A stretch of 64,000 bases of DNA from Blastocatellia bacterium (GTDB lineage Bacteria > Acidobacteriota > Blastocatellia > UBA7656), in contig CAVXWP010000007.1 in the NCBI GenBank assembly GCA_963765495.1, forward strand, positions 736,001 through 800,000, read 5' to 3'. Shown piece by piece: positions 1-10,200 of this stretch. Positions within the stretch are counted from its first letter, which is position 1, and each line of letters opens with the position of its first letter. Below the pieces are notes generated by a model. The model worked only from the letters and a program-made list of their open reading frames with translations, was not told the DNA's origin and did not search any database. Position numbers and translations under genes: made by a program.

Positions 1-1239
1 CTGATCACAGACCTTGTAAATTTCAATGATCAGGAAGGCATGACCGAGGATAGAGTCGAAGAGTACCTCGGCATTACATTGGAACAGATTGCCGAATTGA
101 AGAAGACCTATCAGAAGGCGCTCAGACTCTACAAATCCCTGCGAGCGGAGCCGAAGCGGTCAGCAAAGATTTCTCGAATTCGCTACAGGCTTTCCCGCGT
201 TCGCGTGGAGTTGAGCCGAAGGATGCGCGCTCTTGACCTGACCCGCCATCTGCACGAAAGACTCGTGGCCGTCATACGCGAAGAAGTCAGACGAGCGAAA
301 CAGGCAAAAGGCGAAATCGCGGATGCGACCCTTGCGCTTGAGAAGAAGAGAAGAAAGACCGATAGCGAGCGCAAGCTGAAGCGCGACCTGCGCGAAGCTC
401 GCCGCCGTCTGATTGAACTGGAAGATAAATGGAAGATGAGCGCCAGCGAACTAGAGCGCTCGCTTCGGACGATTACCATCGGGGATGCCGAAGCCAATCA
501 GGCCAAGAGCGAACTGATAGAAGCAAACCTCAGGCTCGTGGTTTCGATAGCCAACAAACACACGAATCGCGGCATGCAGTTGCTCGACCTCATACAGGAA
601 GGCAACATCGGCTTGATGAAGGCCGTAGACAAATTCGAGTGGCGTCACGGCTGCAAGTTTTCGACCTACGCGACGTGGTGGATACGTCAGGCGATAACGC
701 GCGCCATAGCCGATCAGGCCCGCACCATAAGAATACCCGTTCACATGTTCGACACGATCAACCGTTTGAATCGCACCGCGCGCTCGCTCGTGCAGGAGCT
801 TGGCCGCGAGCCCAGCTATGAAGAGATCGCCGCGAGAATGGAACTGCCCGTAGCAAAGGTGCGGCACATCCTGAAGATCGCGCAGCAACCCATCTCGCTT
901 GAGACGCCCGTTGACGAAGACGAGCATTCGCATCTGAGCGACTTTATCGAAGACAAAAGGATCAACGACCCGTCGGATGCGCTGATCGGCGACAGCCTGC
1001 GCGAAGTGACCTTCGAGGCGTTGAAAGCGCTCACGCCGCGTGAAGAGAAAGTCATCAAGATGCGGTTCGGGCTCTCGTCAAACGGCAACGAGCACACGCT
1101 CGAAGAGGTAGGCCATTACTTTTCGGTAACGCGCGAGCGCGTACGCCAGATCGAATCAAAGGCACTCGGCAAGCTTGGAAGAGTTGCCCGCTCTCGGAAA
1201 CTGAGATCGTTTCTGGAAGGGTCAAGACTCTGCGGTTAG
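1..1239 (+). CDS. rpoD: RpoD-like (sigma70 family) sigma factor, divergent paralogue, 5'-truncated by window edge
   Basis: Region 2 [58 protein letters not shown]; region 4 [16 protein letters not shown]. Frame is open from base 1. Confidence 0.9.
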   Translation: MITDLVNFNDQEGMTEDRVEEYLGITLEQIAELKKTYQKALRLYKSLRAEPKRSAKISRIRYRLSRVRVELSRRMRALDLTRHLHERLVAVIREEVRRAKQAKGEIADATLALEKKRRKTDSERKLKRDLREARRRLIELEDKWKMSASELERSLRTITIGDAEANQAKSELIEANLRLVVSIANKHTNRGMQLLDLIQEGNIGLMKAVDKFEWRHGCKFSTYATWWIRQAITRAIADQARTIRIPVHMFDTINRLNRTARSLVQELGREPSYEEIAARMELPVAKVRHILKIAQQPISLETPVDEDEHSHLSDFIEDKRINDPSDALIGDSLREVTFEALKALTPREEKVIKMRFGLSSNGNEHTLEEVGHYFSVTRERVRQIESKALGKLGRVARSRKLRSFLEGSRLCG

Positions 1240-1277
1240 AGTTCTTTGTACGAGCGAGTTTGAACAGTAGCAAATAG

Positions 1278-1381
1278 AAATAGGCCGGGACGGACGCGGA
1301 TGCGGCGGATCTACGCGGATCTGACATTATATGATCTAATCCGCGAAAACCCGCCGCATCCGCGTCCGTCCCGGCCTATTT
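1278..1381. repeat. Family A inverted-repeat cassette (CGGAT 9-mer-derived arms), copy 1
   Basis: Perfect 31-bp inverted repeat at 1278-1308 / 1351-1381; homologous to 5910-5988 and 18285-18388. Confidence 0.9.
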
Positions 1382-1459
1382 GGCACTTTTCCCAACCATT
1401 CATTTGGATATGTCAAAGTTCACTTAACCCAAAAAGCCTATTGTGATTTGCCGCACTGC

Positions 1460-1488
1460 TTGACATCATTCCTGTCCGCAGAAATAAT
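1460..1488 (+). promoter_or_regulatory. sigma70-type promoter of the NLR-like gene
   Basis: TTGACA-17 nt-AATAAT; GGAGGT RBS precedes GTG at 1530. Confidence 0.55.
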
Positions 1489-1529
1489 TCCGCCACTAAA
1501 TAACGTCAGTTAACTTCGGAGGTAGTTTT

Positions 1530-3728
1530 GTGAGCCTGCCCAATCCGGCGACCGTTCATGTCTTTGTAAGTTCTACGTGGCTCGACCTAAAGCCTGAGCG
1601 CCGGGCCGTGCTCGATGCCTTGCAACGGATACGCGAGACGAAGTACAACGGGATGGAGCACTTCGGCAGCCGCGATGAAACCACCGCCCGCGTCTCTGTA
1701 GATGAAGTGGACCGCAGTCAGCTTTATCTGGGCATCTTCGGCGGGCGATATGGTTCGGGCATCACAGAGAAGGAATACCGCCGAGCGCGCGAGTTGAATC
1801 TGACTTGCCTGATCTATTTCAAAGATGAAGAGCAAATTACCGAACGCGACCCCGAGCCTGAAAAGGCACAGCAATTGGCCGAGTTAATGGCCGAGTTGCG
1901 AGGCAATCACGATGTTTCACTTTTTACATCACCCGAAGACCTCGCCTTCAAAGCGACATCCGATTTGCACCGATGGCTATTTGATAATTACCTCCCCGAC
2001 AGATTGAAAGAAGTTATGCGGGGTACCGCGCCCAAAGGGGAAGCCGAAGCCCTGCTTTCCGGGATCAAGAATTTAGACGATTTAGATCAAAGATTATTAT
2101 CGCAACTCCGGCAGGCGGGTTTAATCATCGCCCCCGGCAGAGATTACATTGGGCGCGACCAGACAACCAACATTTACAATGTGCCTGTACCGACGATTAA
2201 CGCGCTGTATCAACTGCCGCCGCCTCGTGATTTCACAGGCCGCAAAGAAGAGTTGACCGAGTTGATGGGCAAACTCAAATCAGGAGGTGTGAACATCTCC
2301 GGCCTTCGCAGGCTTGGCGGCATAGGCAAGACCGCGCTCGCCTTAAAGCTTGCCGAGCAACTGGCTGCACGCTACCCTGACGCGCAGTTCTATCTCGATT
2401 TGAAGGGAGTCAGTTCCCGGCCCCTGACCGCAGGCGAAGCGATGGCGCACGTCATCCGAGCCTATCACCCTACGGCGAAACTCCCCGAAGGCGAAGCGGA
2501 GTTGCGCGGCATTTACATGACCGTGCTTCACAATCAGCGGGCGTTGTTGCTGATGGACAACGCAAAGGAGCGTTCGCAGGTAGAGCCGTTGATACCGCCT
2601 GATAGTTGCGTGCTGCTCGTCACGTCTCGCAGCCGCTTTCACTTGTCCGGCTTGTTTGCAAAGGATTTGGATGCGCTGCCTCTGGAAGATGCCCGTGCAT
2701 TGCTGCTCACCATCGCGCCACGCATAGAGGAACATGCCGATACGATAGCGAACCTCTGCGGCTGCCTGCCTCTTGCTTTGCAGGTAACAGCGAGCGCCAT
2801 CGCAGAGCACATTGACATAAGCCCGACGGATTACGCCCGGCGGCTCGCGGATGCAAAACATCGACTTGAATTGATAGATGCCTCGCTCAGCTTGAGCTAC
2901 GAGTTGTTGAGCAAAGAGATGCAGAGATTATGGCGCTTGCTCGCGGTCTTCCCTGATACTTTCGACAGGGAAGCTGTCGCGGCAATCTGGGAAATGGAGC
3001 CTGAAGCGGCGCAAGAATCATTAAGCGCGCTTGTGACTTACAGCCTCGTGGAGTACGACCCGCCAACCACCCGTTACAGTTTGCATGACCTCGCCCGCGT
3101 TTTTACGGATGACCGTCTGAACGAAGCCGAGCGAACCGATGCCAAAAGACTTCACGCCTCGCATTTTCTGAGCGTACTCAGAAAATCAGGACGGCTTTAC
3201 TCGCAAGGCGGAGAAGCAATCAAACAAGGGCTGACTTCATTTGATCTGGAATTGACCAATATTGAAGCAGGGCAATCGTGGTCTGAGAAACACGCTGATG
3301 AAGATGAAGCCGCCGCCAGATATTGCAGCGACTATCCTAGTGTGGCGGGAATCTTGCTCAATCTACGCCAATCTCCTCGCGAGCGTATACGTTGGCTTGA
3401 GCCTGCATTGGTCTGCGCCCGGCGCTTGAAGGATCAATCTGATGAGGGAATCCATCTAGGCAACCTGGGCCTAGCATACTACAACTTGGGAGAAGTGAGA
3501 CGAGCAATCGAGTTCTACGAACAGCGTCTTGTCATAGCCCGGGAGATAGGAGACCGGCGAGGCGAAGGCACCGTGCTTTGGAACATGAGCCTAGTTTTTG
3601 ATAAACTCGGTGACCGCGCTCAAGCAATTGCTTGCGCGGAAGCCTCGCTAAAAATTAGAGAGGAAATTGAAGACCCAAGGGCCGCCAAGGTGCGCGAGCG
3701 GTTAGCTGAGTGGCGCGGGGAGGAATAG
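1530..3728 (+). CDS. DUF4062 - NB-ARC/STAND NTPase - TPR protein (NLR-like)
   Basis: N-terminal VFVSST..DL..ER..GRYGSGITEKEY (DUF4062); FTGR; GGIGKT; Walker B LLLMDNA; LPLAL; YSLHDL; C-terminal TPRs (GNLGLAYYNLG..AREIGDRRGEG). Confidence 0.85.
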   Translation: MSLPNPATVHVFVSSTWLDLKPERRAVLDALQRIRETKYNGMEHFGSRDETTARVSVDEVDRSQLYLGIFGGRYGSGITEKEYRRARELNLTCLIYFKDEEQITERDPEPEKAQQLAELMAELRGNHDVSLFTSPEDLAFKATSDLHRWLFDNYLPDRLKEVMRGTAPKGEAEALLSGIKNLDDLDQRLLSQLRQAGLIIAPGRDYIGRDQTTNIYNVPVPTINALYQLPPPRDFTGRKEELTELMGKLKSGGVNISGLRRLGGIGKTALALKLAEQLAARYPDAQFYLDLKGVSSRPLTAGEAMAHVIRAYHPTAKLPEGEAELRGIYMTVLHNQRALLLMDNAKERSQVEPLIPPDSCVLLVTSRSRFHLSGLFAKDLDALPLEDARALLLTIAPRIEEHADTIANLCGCLPLALQVTASAIAEHIDISPTDYARRLADAKHRLELIDASLSLSYELLSKEMQRLWRLLAVFPDTFDREAVAAIWEMEPEAAQESLSALVTYSLVEYDPPTTRYSLHDLARVFTDDRLNEAERTDAKRLHASHFLSVLRKSGRLYSQGGEAIKQGLTSFDLELTNIEAGQSWSEKHADEDEAAARYCSDYPSVAGILLNLRQSPRERIRWLEPALVCARRLKDQSDEGIHLGNLGLAYYNLGEVRRAIEFYEQRLVIAREIGDRRGEGTVLWNMSLVFDKLGDRAQAIACAEASLKIREEIEDPRAAKVRERLAEWRGEE

Positions 3729-3754
3729 CACAACTCTTGGCTTTGGCTAATACT

Positions 3755-4699
3755 CTATCGCCCGGCGATGGAGAGATACATTAATCGGGAATAACGGTCA
3801 AACTGGTCGCGGTTATTGCTGATTACGCTTGATTGAGCTACAGGGCGATACGCCAATCCGGCACGTTTTACTCCTCGCGCTTCTACTTTTGAACGTTCGG
3901 GCCACGCTCTCGCAAGCAACGGGCGCACGCGGGCGAAATCTTCATCAAGCGCCGCACTTTCTGCCGCATCACTCAACGCCCGAATTGCAGATTGGAAATT
4001 TACCTCGGCTCGGTATGACATCCGCCCGACAAGCCCCGAATAATCGAATGCGTCGGCCCGTATGCGAAAGCTCTTCTCAAGATCAGCCGAATACACATCG
4101 AGCAAGGTCTCTTCGCCGCTGAATTCTGCCGTGTCCAGTACGCGCCCTCCCTGCCCCCGCATCCCGGATATGCCTTCGGTATAGTCTACGCGGATGTTTC
4201 GCAATGCGCCTACTACCATCAGCCTGATCTCCGATAAAGCCACGGTTTGCTCTCCGCCCGCGTGGGTTATTTGAAATTCGTCTCCGGCGACTACGACTCT
4301 TCGCGCCCGCATCAATTCGTTAGCAAGTTGCAGATCGTCGTCGGCTACTACCGAGGCGTTCAGCCAGCAGGTGCGGACGAGCGCGGCTATCAATTCGGCT
4401 TCCTGGCGATGCTGGCACCGGGCGATTGGAATCCGCTTGTTGATTCTCACAAAAGCGCCCGCCTCTTCGGCCTCGCACTTGAGCGCCGCCGCAAGCGCCT
4501 CTTCTGCTCGCGGGTCGGCCTCGCTTTTCGCGGTTTCGAGAATAGCGTTGAAAGCGCGTTCGGAATAGTCTATGTTTCGCTGAGGCGGCGCGGCTTCGAT
4601 GCGGGCCACGGGCAGCGCTTCGTCGCAATAGAGGCACTTGCCTCTTGCGGCAGGTGTCCGCCGGGCGCACGCCGGGCAATTTATCACGTCCTGGCTCAC
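3755..4699 (-). CDS. Hypothetical protein with N-terminal zinc ribbon
   Basis: 314-aa ORF with CPAC..CLYC at the N-terminus; fills the interval. Confidence 0.7.
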   Translation of the reverse strand: MSQDVINCPACARRTPAARGKCLYCDEALPVARIEAAPPQRNIDYSERAFNAILETAKSEADPRAEEALAAALKCEAEEAGAFVRINKRIPIARCQHRQEAELIAALVRTCWLNASVVADDDLQLANELMRARRVVVAGDEFQITHAGGEQTVALSEIRLMVVGALRNIRVDYTEGISGMRGQGGRVLDTAEFSGEETLLDVYSADLEKSFRIRADAFDYSGLVGRMSYRAEVNFQSAIRALSDAAESAALDEDFARVRPLLARAWPERSKVEARGVKRAGLAYRPVAQSSVISNNRDQFDRYSRLMYLSIAGR

Positions 4700-4895
4700 T
4701 CGCGTTCTCGCTTTCCAATTTGATTAAAGGAGGCCCGCCGCGATTATAAAGGCAAAAATCAAAACTAAAAAGGCAAATTTATTCGCGCGAGCCCTGCTTT
4801 TTTCTGCAACCCTTTTCATTCGGGTTGCACTAACTCTGTGAACAACAGGCAAGATGTATTAACGGTCACAATACGTATTTGATAAGGAGCAACTC

Positions 4896-5879
4896 ATGAA
4901 GACGATTATAGCGATGATGGTTTTACTGGTCGGGGGGCTGGTTGTCACCCCGGGCGCGAAAGGCGTGGCGGGCGGCTTTGACAACGCCGAAGACAGGATT
5001 TCGAGGGATTTCGAGGTCAGCCCGGGCGGGCGCTTGACCGTAGATACCGAAAACGGCTCAATCGAGGTGCGGTCAGGCGACAGCAACACGGTCAGCGTCG
5101 AGGTCATCCGCAAGGCCAGCGCGGGCAGCCGAGATGATGCAAATCGCCTGCTCCAGAGTATGCACGTAGACTTTAATCAAAGCGGCAACGATGTTCGCGT
5201 AGAAGGCAAGTCACAGGGGCGCGGGCGCAAGCATATGGAGTTTAGAATCCGGGTGCCGCGTAGCTATAACGTTGACCTCACTACGTCGGGTGGCAGCGTC
5301 AGCGTAGCGGAACTTCAAGGCGATGTGCGGAGCAGAACATCGGGCGGCAGCCTGAGCTATAGCCACATCGAAGGCCCGGTACAGGGCAAGACATCGGGCG
5401 GCAGCATCAGCGTAGACAATGTGCGCGGCAATGTGGATATAGACACATCGGGCGGAAGCATCAGCGTCAATGATGTGGACGGCGACATAGACGGCCACAC
5501 ATCGGGCGGGTCGGTCAGCGTAGAGCGCGTGAGCGGTCATGCTACGGTTGAGACATCCGGCGGAGGGCTGCACATAGCCGATGTGAGTGGAGCGGTTGAT
5601 GCGTCCACGTCCGGGGGCAGTGTGGAAGCGCGTTTCCCGAAACAGCTTGAAGCCGATTGCCGACTGACGACTTCGGGCGGAGGCGTTACCGTTTATCTTG
5701 TCGAAGACATCAGGATAAACATAGACGCCGAGGTGAACGGCGGGCATATCGAAACCGATTTCCCCGTGACCGTCGCCGGAAAGTTGAGTAAGTCTGCGCT
5801 GAAGGGAAGCATCAACGGCGGCGGCCCTATGTTGTATTGCCGTTCGTCGGGTTCGAGCATTTCATTGCGCAGGTTGTAG
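4896..5879 (+). CDS. DUF4097 beta-strand repeat (putative adhesin) exported protein
   Basis: Signal peptide, about ten TSGG(S/G)(I/V) repeats, AGGAG RBS. Confidence 0.85.
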   Translation: MKTIIAMMVLLVGGLVVTPGAKGVAGGFDNAEDRISRDFEVSPGGRLTVDTENGSIEVRSGDSNTVSVEVIRKASAGSRDDANRLLQSMHVDFNQSGNDVRVEGKSQGRGRKHMEFRIRVPRSYNVDLTTSGGSVSVAELQGDVRSRTSGGSLSYSHIEGPVQGKTSGGSISVDNVRGNVDIDTSGGSISVNDVDGDIDGHTSGGSVSVERVSGHATVETSGGGLHIADVSGAVDASTSGGSVEARFPKQLEADCRLTTSGGGVTVYLVEDIRINIDAEVNGGHIETDFPVTVAGKLSKSALKGSINGGGPMLYCRSSGSSISLRRL

Positions 5880-5909
5880 GCTCAGGGCTAACCACAGTAA
5901 GGCCAGTGG

Positions 5910-5988
5910 AAATAGGCCACGGATGACGCGGATGCGGCGGATTTTCGCGGATTAGATCATAACTGGTCATATCCGCGTTGATCCGTCG
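5910..5988. repeat. Family A cassette, copy 2 (opposite orientation, right arm degraded)
   Basis: AAATAGGCCACGGATGACGCGGATGCGGCGG arm; core TTTTCGCGGATTAGATCAT is the reverse complement of the copy 1 core. Confidence 0.85.
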
Positions 5989-6928
5989 TTTTCGTGTAAA
6001 GCAGCTTTGCCCAACTCTGGTTCCTCTCAGCGAACGCCGCGCCGATGCCTGTGATGGCGCGAATTCGCAAATCATATTGCCTGAGCAGTTCTGGCTCGAT
6101 GTGATCTAGTGCGTGAAACTCGTCTGTGTTGATAAACAGGTTTGTGATGCGGCATCGGGCTAAGAGAGAAAGTGCCTGGCTGGAATCCGCAACGGGGGGG
6201 GCGTGAGCGACTACCGCGCAGCCGTAGTACCACGCCGGGTAAAGCATTTTGAACAACGTCTCGGGAGAGGCCCAGGCCAGAGGCGTCCAGAAAATCAGAT
6301 CATCTGACTTATCTAAATTATTATTTATCTCGAAGGCGGCGAGGTGCTCTGTCAAAGAGCCATGATTGAAAACCGCTGCCTTCAGTTCACTGCTTGCCGA
6401 TTGTTGATAGAAGACAAACGCGGGTGTTGACGCGGTGGTTTCAACCGTGATGAAGTCCGAGGAGGCGGCGTCTATTTCGCGCCAGAAATCGCGCCCCCCG
6501 TTTTGCGGCAAATCATCCGCTACAAAAACCGTTTCGAGGTGCGTCAGGCTCTCGATAAACTCTTTCATCCTGCCGATGACTGCGCTTTCGGCGATTATTA
6601 GCTTCGCGCCGCTGTCTTTGATCGCGGGCTGGAGCGTTTCCAAAGGCAGGGAAGGCGAGAGCGGAACGACCGTCGCGCCAAGCTTCAGCGTAGCCAGTTG
6701 CGCTACGGCCGCAGCCGCAGATTGAGGTAAGATCACCGCCACCCGATCCGCCTGATTTAATCGGCAGCCGTTCATTACCGTGGCAAACTTATCAGAGAGA
6801 AAATCCAGCGCCCCAAAGGTGTAAGTGTTGTTTGCAGCGGGCCTTGTTTCGATGAGCGCAACACGGGTGACGGGATTTTCGTGTCTGCGGCAAATCGCCG
6901 TCGCCAGATTTAATCCTTCAGCTTTCAT
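5957..6928 (-). pseudogene. Degenerate, C-terminally truncated AMP-binding (acyl-CoA synthetase-like) protein
   Basis: N-terminal ANL-type sequence (YTFG.L..LSDKFA..DRVAVILPQ..LATLKLGA..VPLS); TSGTTG.PK loop replaced by QQSASSELK; about 323 aa; stop codon lies inside a family A repeat. Confidence 0.6.
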
Positions 6929-6949
6929 CTCTACAAAATCGGATATTTT

Positions 6950-7022
6950 GACAGGATTTACAAGATTTTTGAGGATTGGCAAAGATTCTCTTTTAATCTT
7001 GTTGTATCTTGTTAATCCTGTC
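6950..7022. repeat. Family B inverted 9-mer tandem cassette (ACAGGATTA / TAATCCTGT), copy 1
   Basis: GACAGGATTTACAAGATT...ATCTTGTTAATCCTGTC, 73 bp. Confidence 0.85.
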
Positions 7023-7052
7023 TAGGTTTCTCTCAATCTTTCTTCGTGAAAG

Positions 7053-7072
7053 TTTTCCACATGTTTTCCACA
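7053..7072 (+). promoter_or_regulatory. Two tandem DnaA boxes upstream of dnaE
   Basis: TTTTCCACA at 7053-7061 and 7064-7072, both matching TTWTNCACA. Confidence 0.6.
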
Positions 7073-7087
7073 GAGAAACTCCAATAG

Positions 7088-7134
7088 GATCAATATATTG
7101 GGTATTGCAATAAATTCGCTACCATTTATGGTGT
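7088..7134. promoter_or_regulatory. Tandem NrdR-like boxes upstream of dnaE
   Basis: GATCAATATATTGGGT (7088-7103) and CTACCATTTATGGTGT (7119-7134) versus consensus acaCwAtATaTwGtgt; 31-bp offset. Confidence 0.65.
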
Positions 7135-7237
7135 ACACATTCGCCCGCATTGTGCTATATTCGGCCCGCATAGAAATAGAAAGTCCTGTAGTAAACATCG
7201 CTTAAAAGCAGGCTTAGCCCTTATTTGAAAGTGTGAC

Positions 7238-10200
7238 ATGAACGAAAAAGACTTTGTGCATCTTCACCTCCATACCGATTTCAGCTTACTCGACGGAGCG
7301 ATTCAGATAAAGCCGCTGGCGCAGCGGGCCATTGAGACGGGCGCGCGGGCCGTGGCCGTCACCGATCACGGGAATATGTATGGAGCAATCTCTTTCTACA
7401 ATCAGATGAAGGGCTCCGGCATCAAGCCTATCATAGGCATGGAAGCCTATATCGCAAGAGGCAAGCACACGGACCGGGGCGACGCTACGGGCGAGCGGGG
7501 GACCAATCATATAATCCTGCTGGCGAAAAATCTTGCGGGCTATCATAACCTGGCCCGGCTGTCGTCGTTCGCCTTCACCGAAGGCTACTATTACAAGCCG
7601 CGCATAGACAAAGAACTGCTGGCCAAACACAGCGAGGGCATAATAGCGCTTTCGGCCTGTTTGTCGGGCGTGCCGTCGTCGCTGCTGCTCAAGGACAAGT
7701 TCGATGATGCCGCGCGTCAGGCGATGGAGTTCGAAGACATTCTGGGCAAAGGCAATTACTATCTCGAAGTCCAGAATCACAATCTCGAAGAAGAGACGGG
7801 CACCGTAATTCCCGGGATGCTGGAATTGTCGAAGAAGACGGGCATTCCGCTCGTCGCTACAAATGACTGCCACTACCTTATGCGCGATGACTGGCGCGCT
7901 CACGACATTCTCGTATGCATAGGCGCGGGCAAGACCGTAAATGAAAAGCGGGGACTCAAGTACAAAGAGGGCGAGTTTTATGTCCGTACCGCAAAAGAGA
8001 TGTGGCTCATCTTTGGCAAAGACATGCCGGACGCGCTGTTAAACACCGTAGCGATTGCCGAGATGTGCGAGCTTGAGCTTCCAAAGGGGCAGAACCACCT
8101 GCCAGTTTATCGCGTGCCCGAAGGCGAGACGACCGACAGCTATTTCGCAAAGATGGCGCGGCGCGGGCTTGAAGAGCGATGGGAGAACGTCAAGGATCGG
8201 CCCGACCGCAAATATGATCTCGACGACTATAGATTGCGTCTCGAACAGGAGATCGATGTCATAACTCAGATGGGATTTCCGGGTTACTTCCTGATCGTCT
8301 GGGATTTCATCGCCTATGCCAGAAAGAATAACATTCCAGTGGGGCCGGGGCGCGGATCGGCAGCCGGTTCGCTCGTGGCTTATTCTTTGAGAATCACCGA
8401 CATTGATCCTCTGCAATATGATTTGCTGTTTGAGCGTTTTCTAAATCCCGAGCGCGTCTCGATGCCCGATATAGATATTGATTTCTGTGTGCGTGGCCGT
8501 CAGCAGGTAATCAATTATGTAGCGGATTATTACGGGCGAGATCACGTGTCGCAGATCAGCACGTTTGGGACGATGGCATCGAAGGCGGTTATCAAGGATG
8601 TTGGCCGCGCGCTTGAGATGCCCTACTCCGAAGTAGACAAGATCGCAAAGATGATCCCTCCGCCCGTGCGGGGTCGCAACGTCTCTATCGAAGACGCGAT
8701 CAAACAGAACCCCGACCTCAAGCGGGCGATAGATACGGACCAGCGCGTGCAGGATTTGATAGAGATAGCCCGCAGGCTCGAAGGCTGCTCGCGCCATTCA
8801 TCGGTTCACGCCGCCGGCGTAGTGATTTCGCCAAAGCCGCTTTATGAGCTTGTCCCGGTTTCAAAGACATCGCGCGATGAAATAACCACACAGTATTCGA
8901 TGTCGGACCTGGAAAAGACCGGGATGCTCAAGATGGACTTCCTGGCTCTGACCACGCTCACGATCATCGACGATTGCCTGAAATCCATCGAGCGCGAGAC
9001 GGGCGCGATGCTCGATATAGCGAAGATACCGCTTGATGATCAGGCGGCTTTGCAGCTTTTTGCGGATGGTAAGACGGAGGCGATCTTTCAGTTTGAGTCG
9101 GAGGGCATGAAAGATATTTGTCGCCGCCTGAAACCCGATGGTCTTGAAGATTTGTCGGCTCTCAACGCGCTTTACCGCCCCGGCCCGATTGATTCAGGCA
9201 TGGTGGATGACTTTATCGAACGTCGCCACGGGCGAAGGAAAGTGCGCTATGATTTTCCCGAACTCAAAGAAGTAATGGGCAACACGCTGGGAATCTGCGT
9301 TTATCAAGAGCAATTGATGGCCGTCTTTCAAAAGCTCGCGGCCTATTCGCTGGGCGAAGCCGATCTGGTACGCCGCGCAATGGGCAAGAAGAAGCGCGAA
9401 GAACTCGACAAGCATAAAGTGAAATTCCTGAAGCAGGCCACCGAACGCGGCCACGACCGCGCAAAGCTTGAAAAACTTTGGCAGAGCTTCGAGGGGTTTG
9501 CCGATTACGCGTTTAATCGCGCTCACAGTTTTTCTTACGGCTATCTCGCCTATCAAACCGCTTACCTCAAGGCTCACTTTCCGACCCACTTCTGGGCGGC
9601 GGTGTTGTCGAACGAATTGAACAATACCGCAAAGGTAGTCAAATACATCAACGAGGCTCGCGCGCAGGGGATCGAGATATTGCCTCCAGATGTGAATGCC
9701 AGCCTGGATTGTTTTACAGCGACCGGCGACAAGATCAGGTTCGGCCTTGCAGCCATCAAGGGGATAGGTCAATCGGCTGTTTCCAGTGTTGTCGAGGCTC
9801 GAAACACAGGCGGTCCGTTCCGCTCCATATTCGATTTTACCGATCGGGTTGACTCGCGCGCCGTAAACAAGCGCGTACTTGAGAGCCTGATTCGCGCGGG
9901 GGCTTTCGATTCGCTCAACAACAGACGAGCGCAGATGTTTGCGGCTATTGATCCGGCCATCGAGAGCGGGCAGCGGCTTCAACGATCTCGCGCCACCGGG
10001 CAGACCGATCTTTTCGGTGCGCTCGCTTCTACGATGGCTGTTGCAGACGCGCCGCTGCCTGATATCGCAGAGTGGCAGCCGCAGGAACTCTTGAAGGGCG
10101 AAAAAGAGACGCTCGGTTTTTACATATCGGGTCATCCTCTGATGCGCTTTCAGGATGCGCTGAAAGATTTTGCCAATGCCGATGTAGACCGTCTCTCAAC

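Noticed and set aside
1530-3728. Defence island or prophage around the NLR-like gene
   Set aside because: No integrase, phage genes or other defence genes adjacent.
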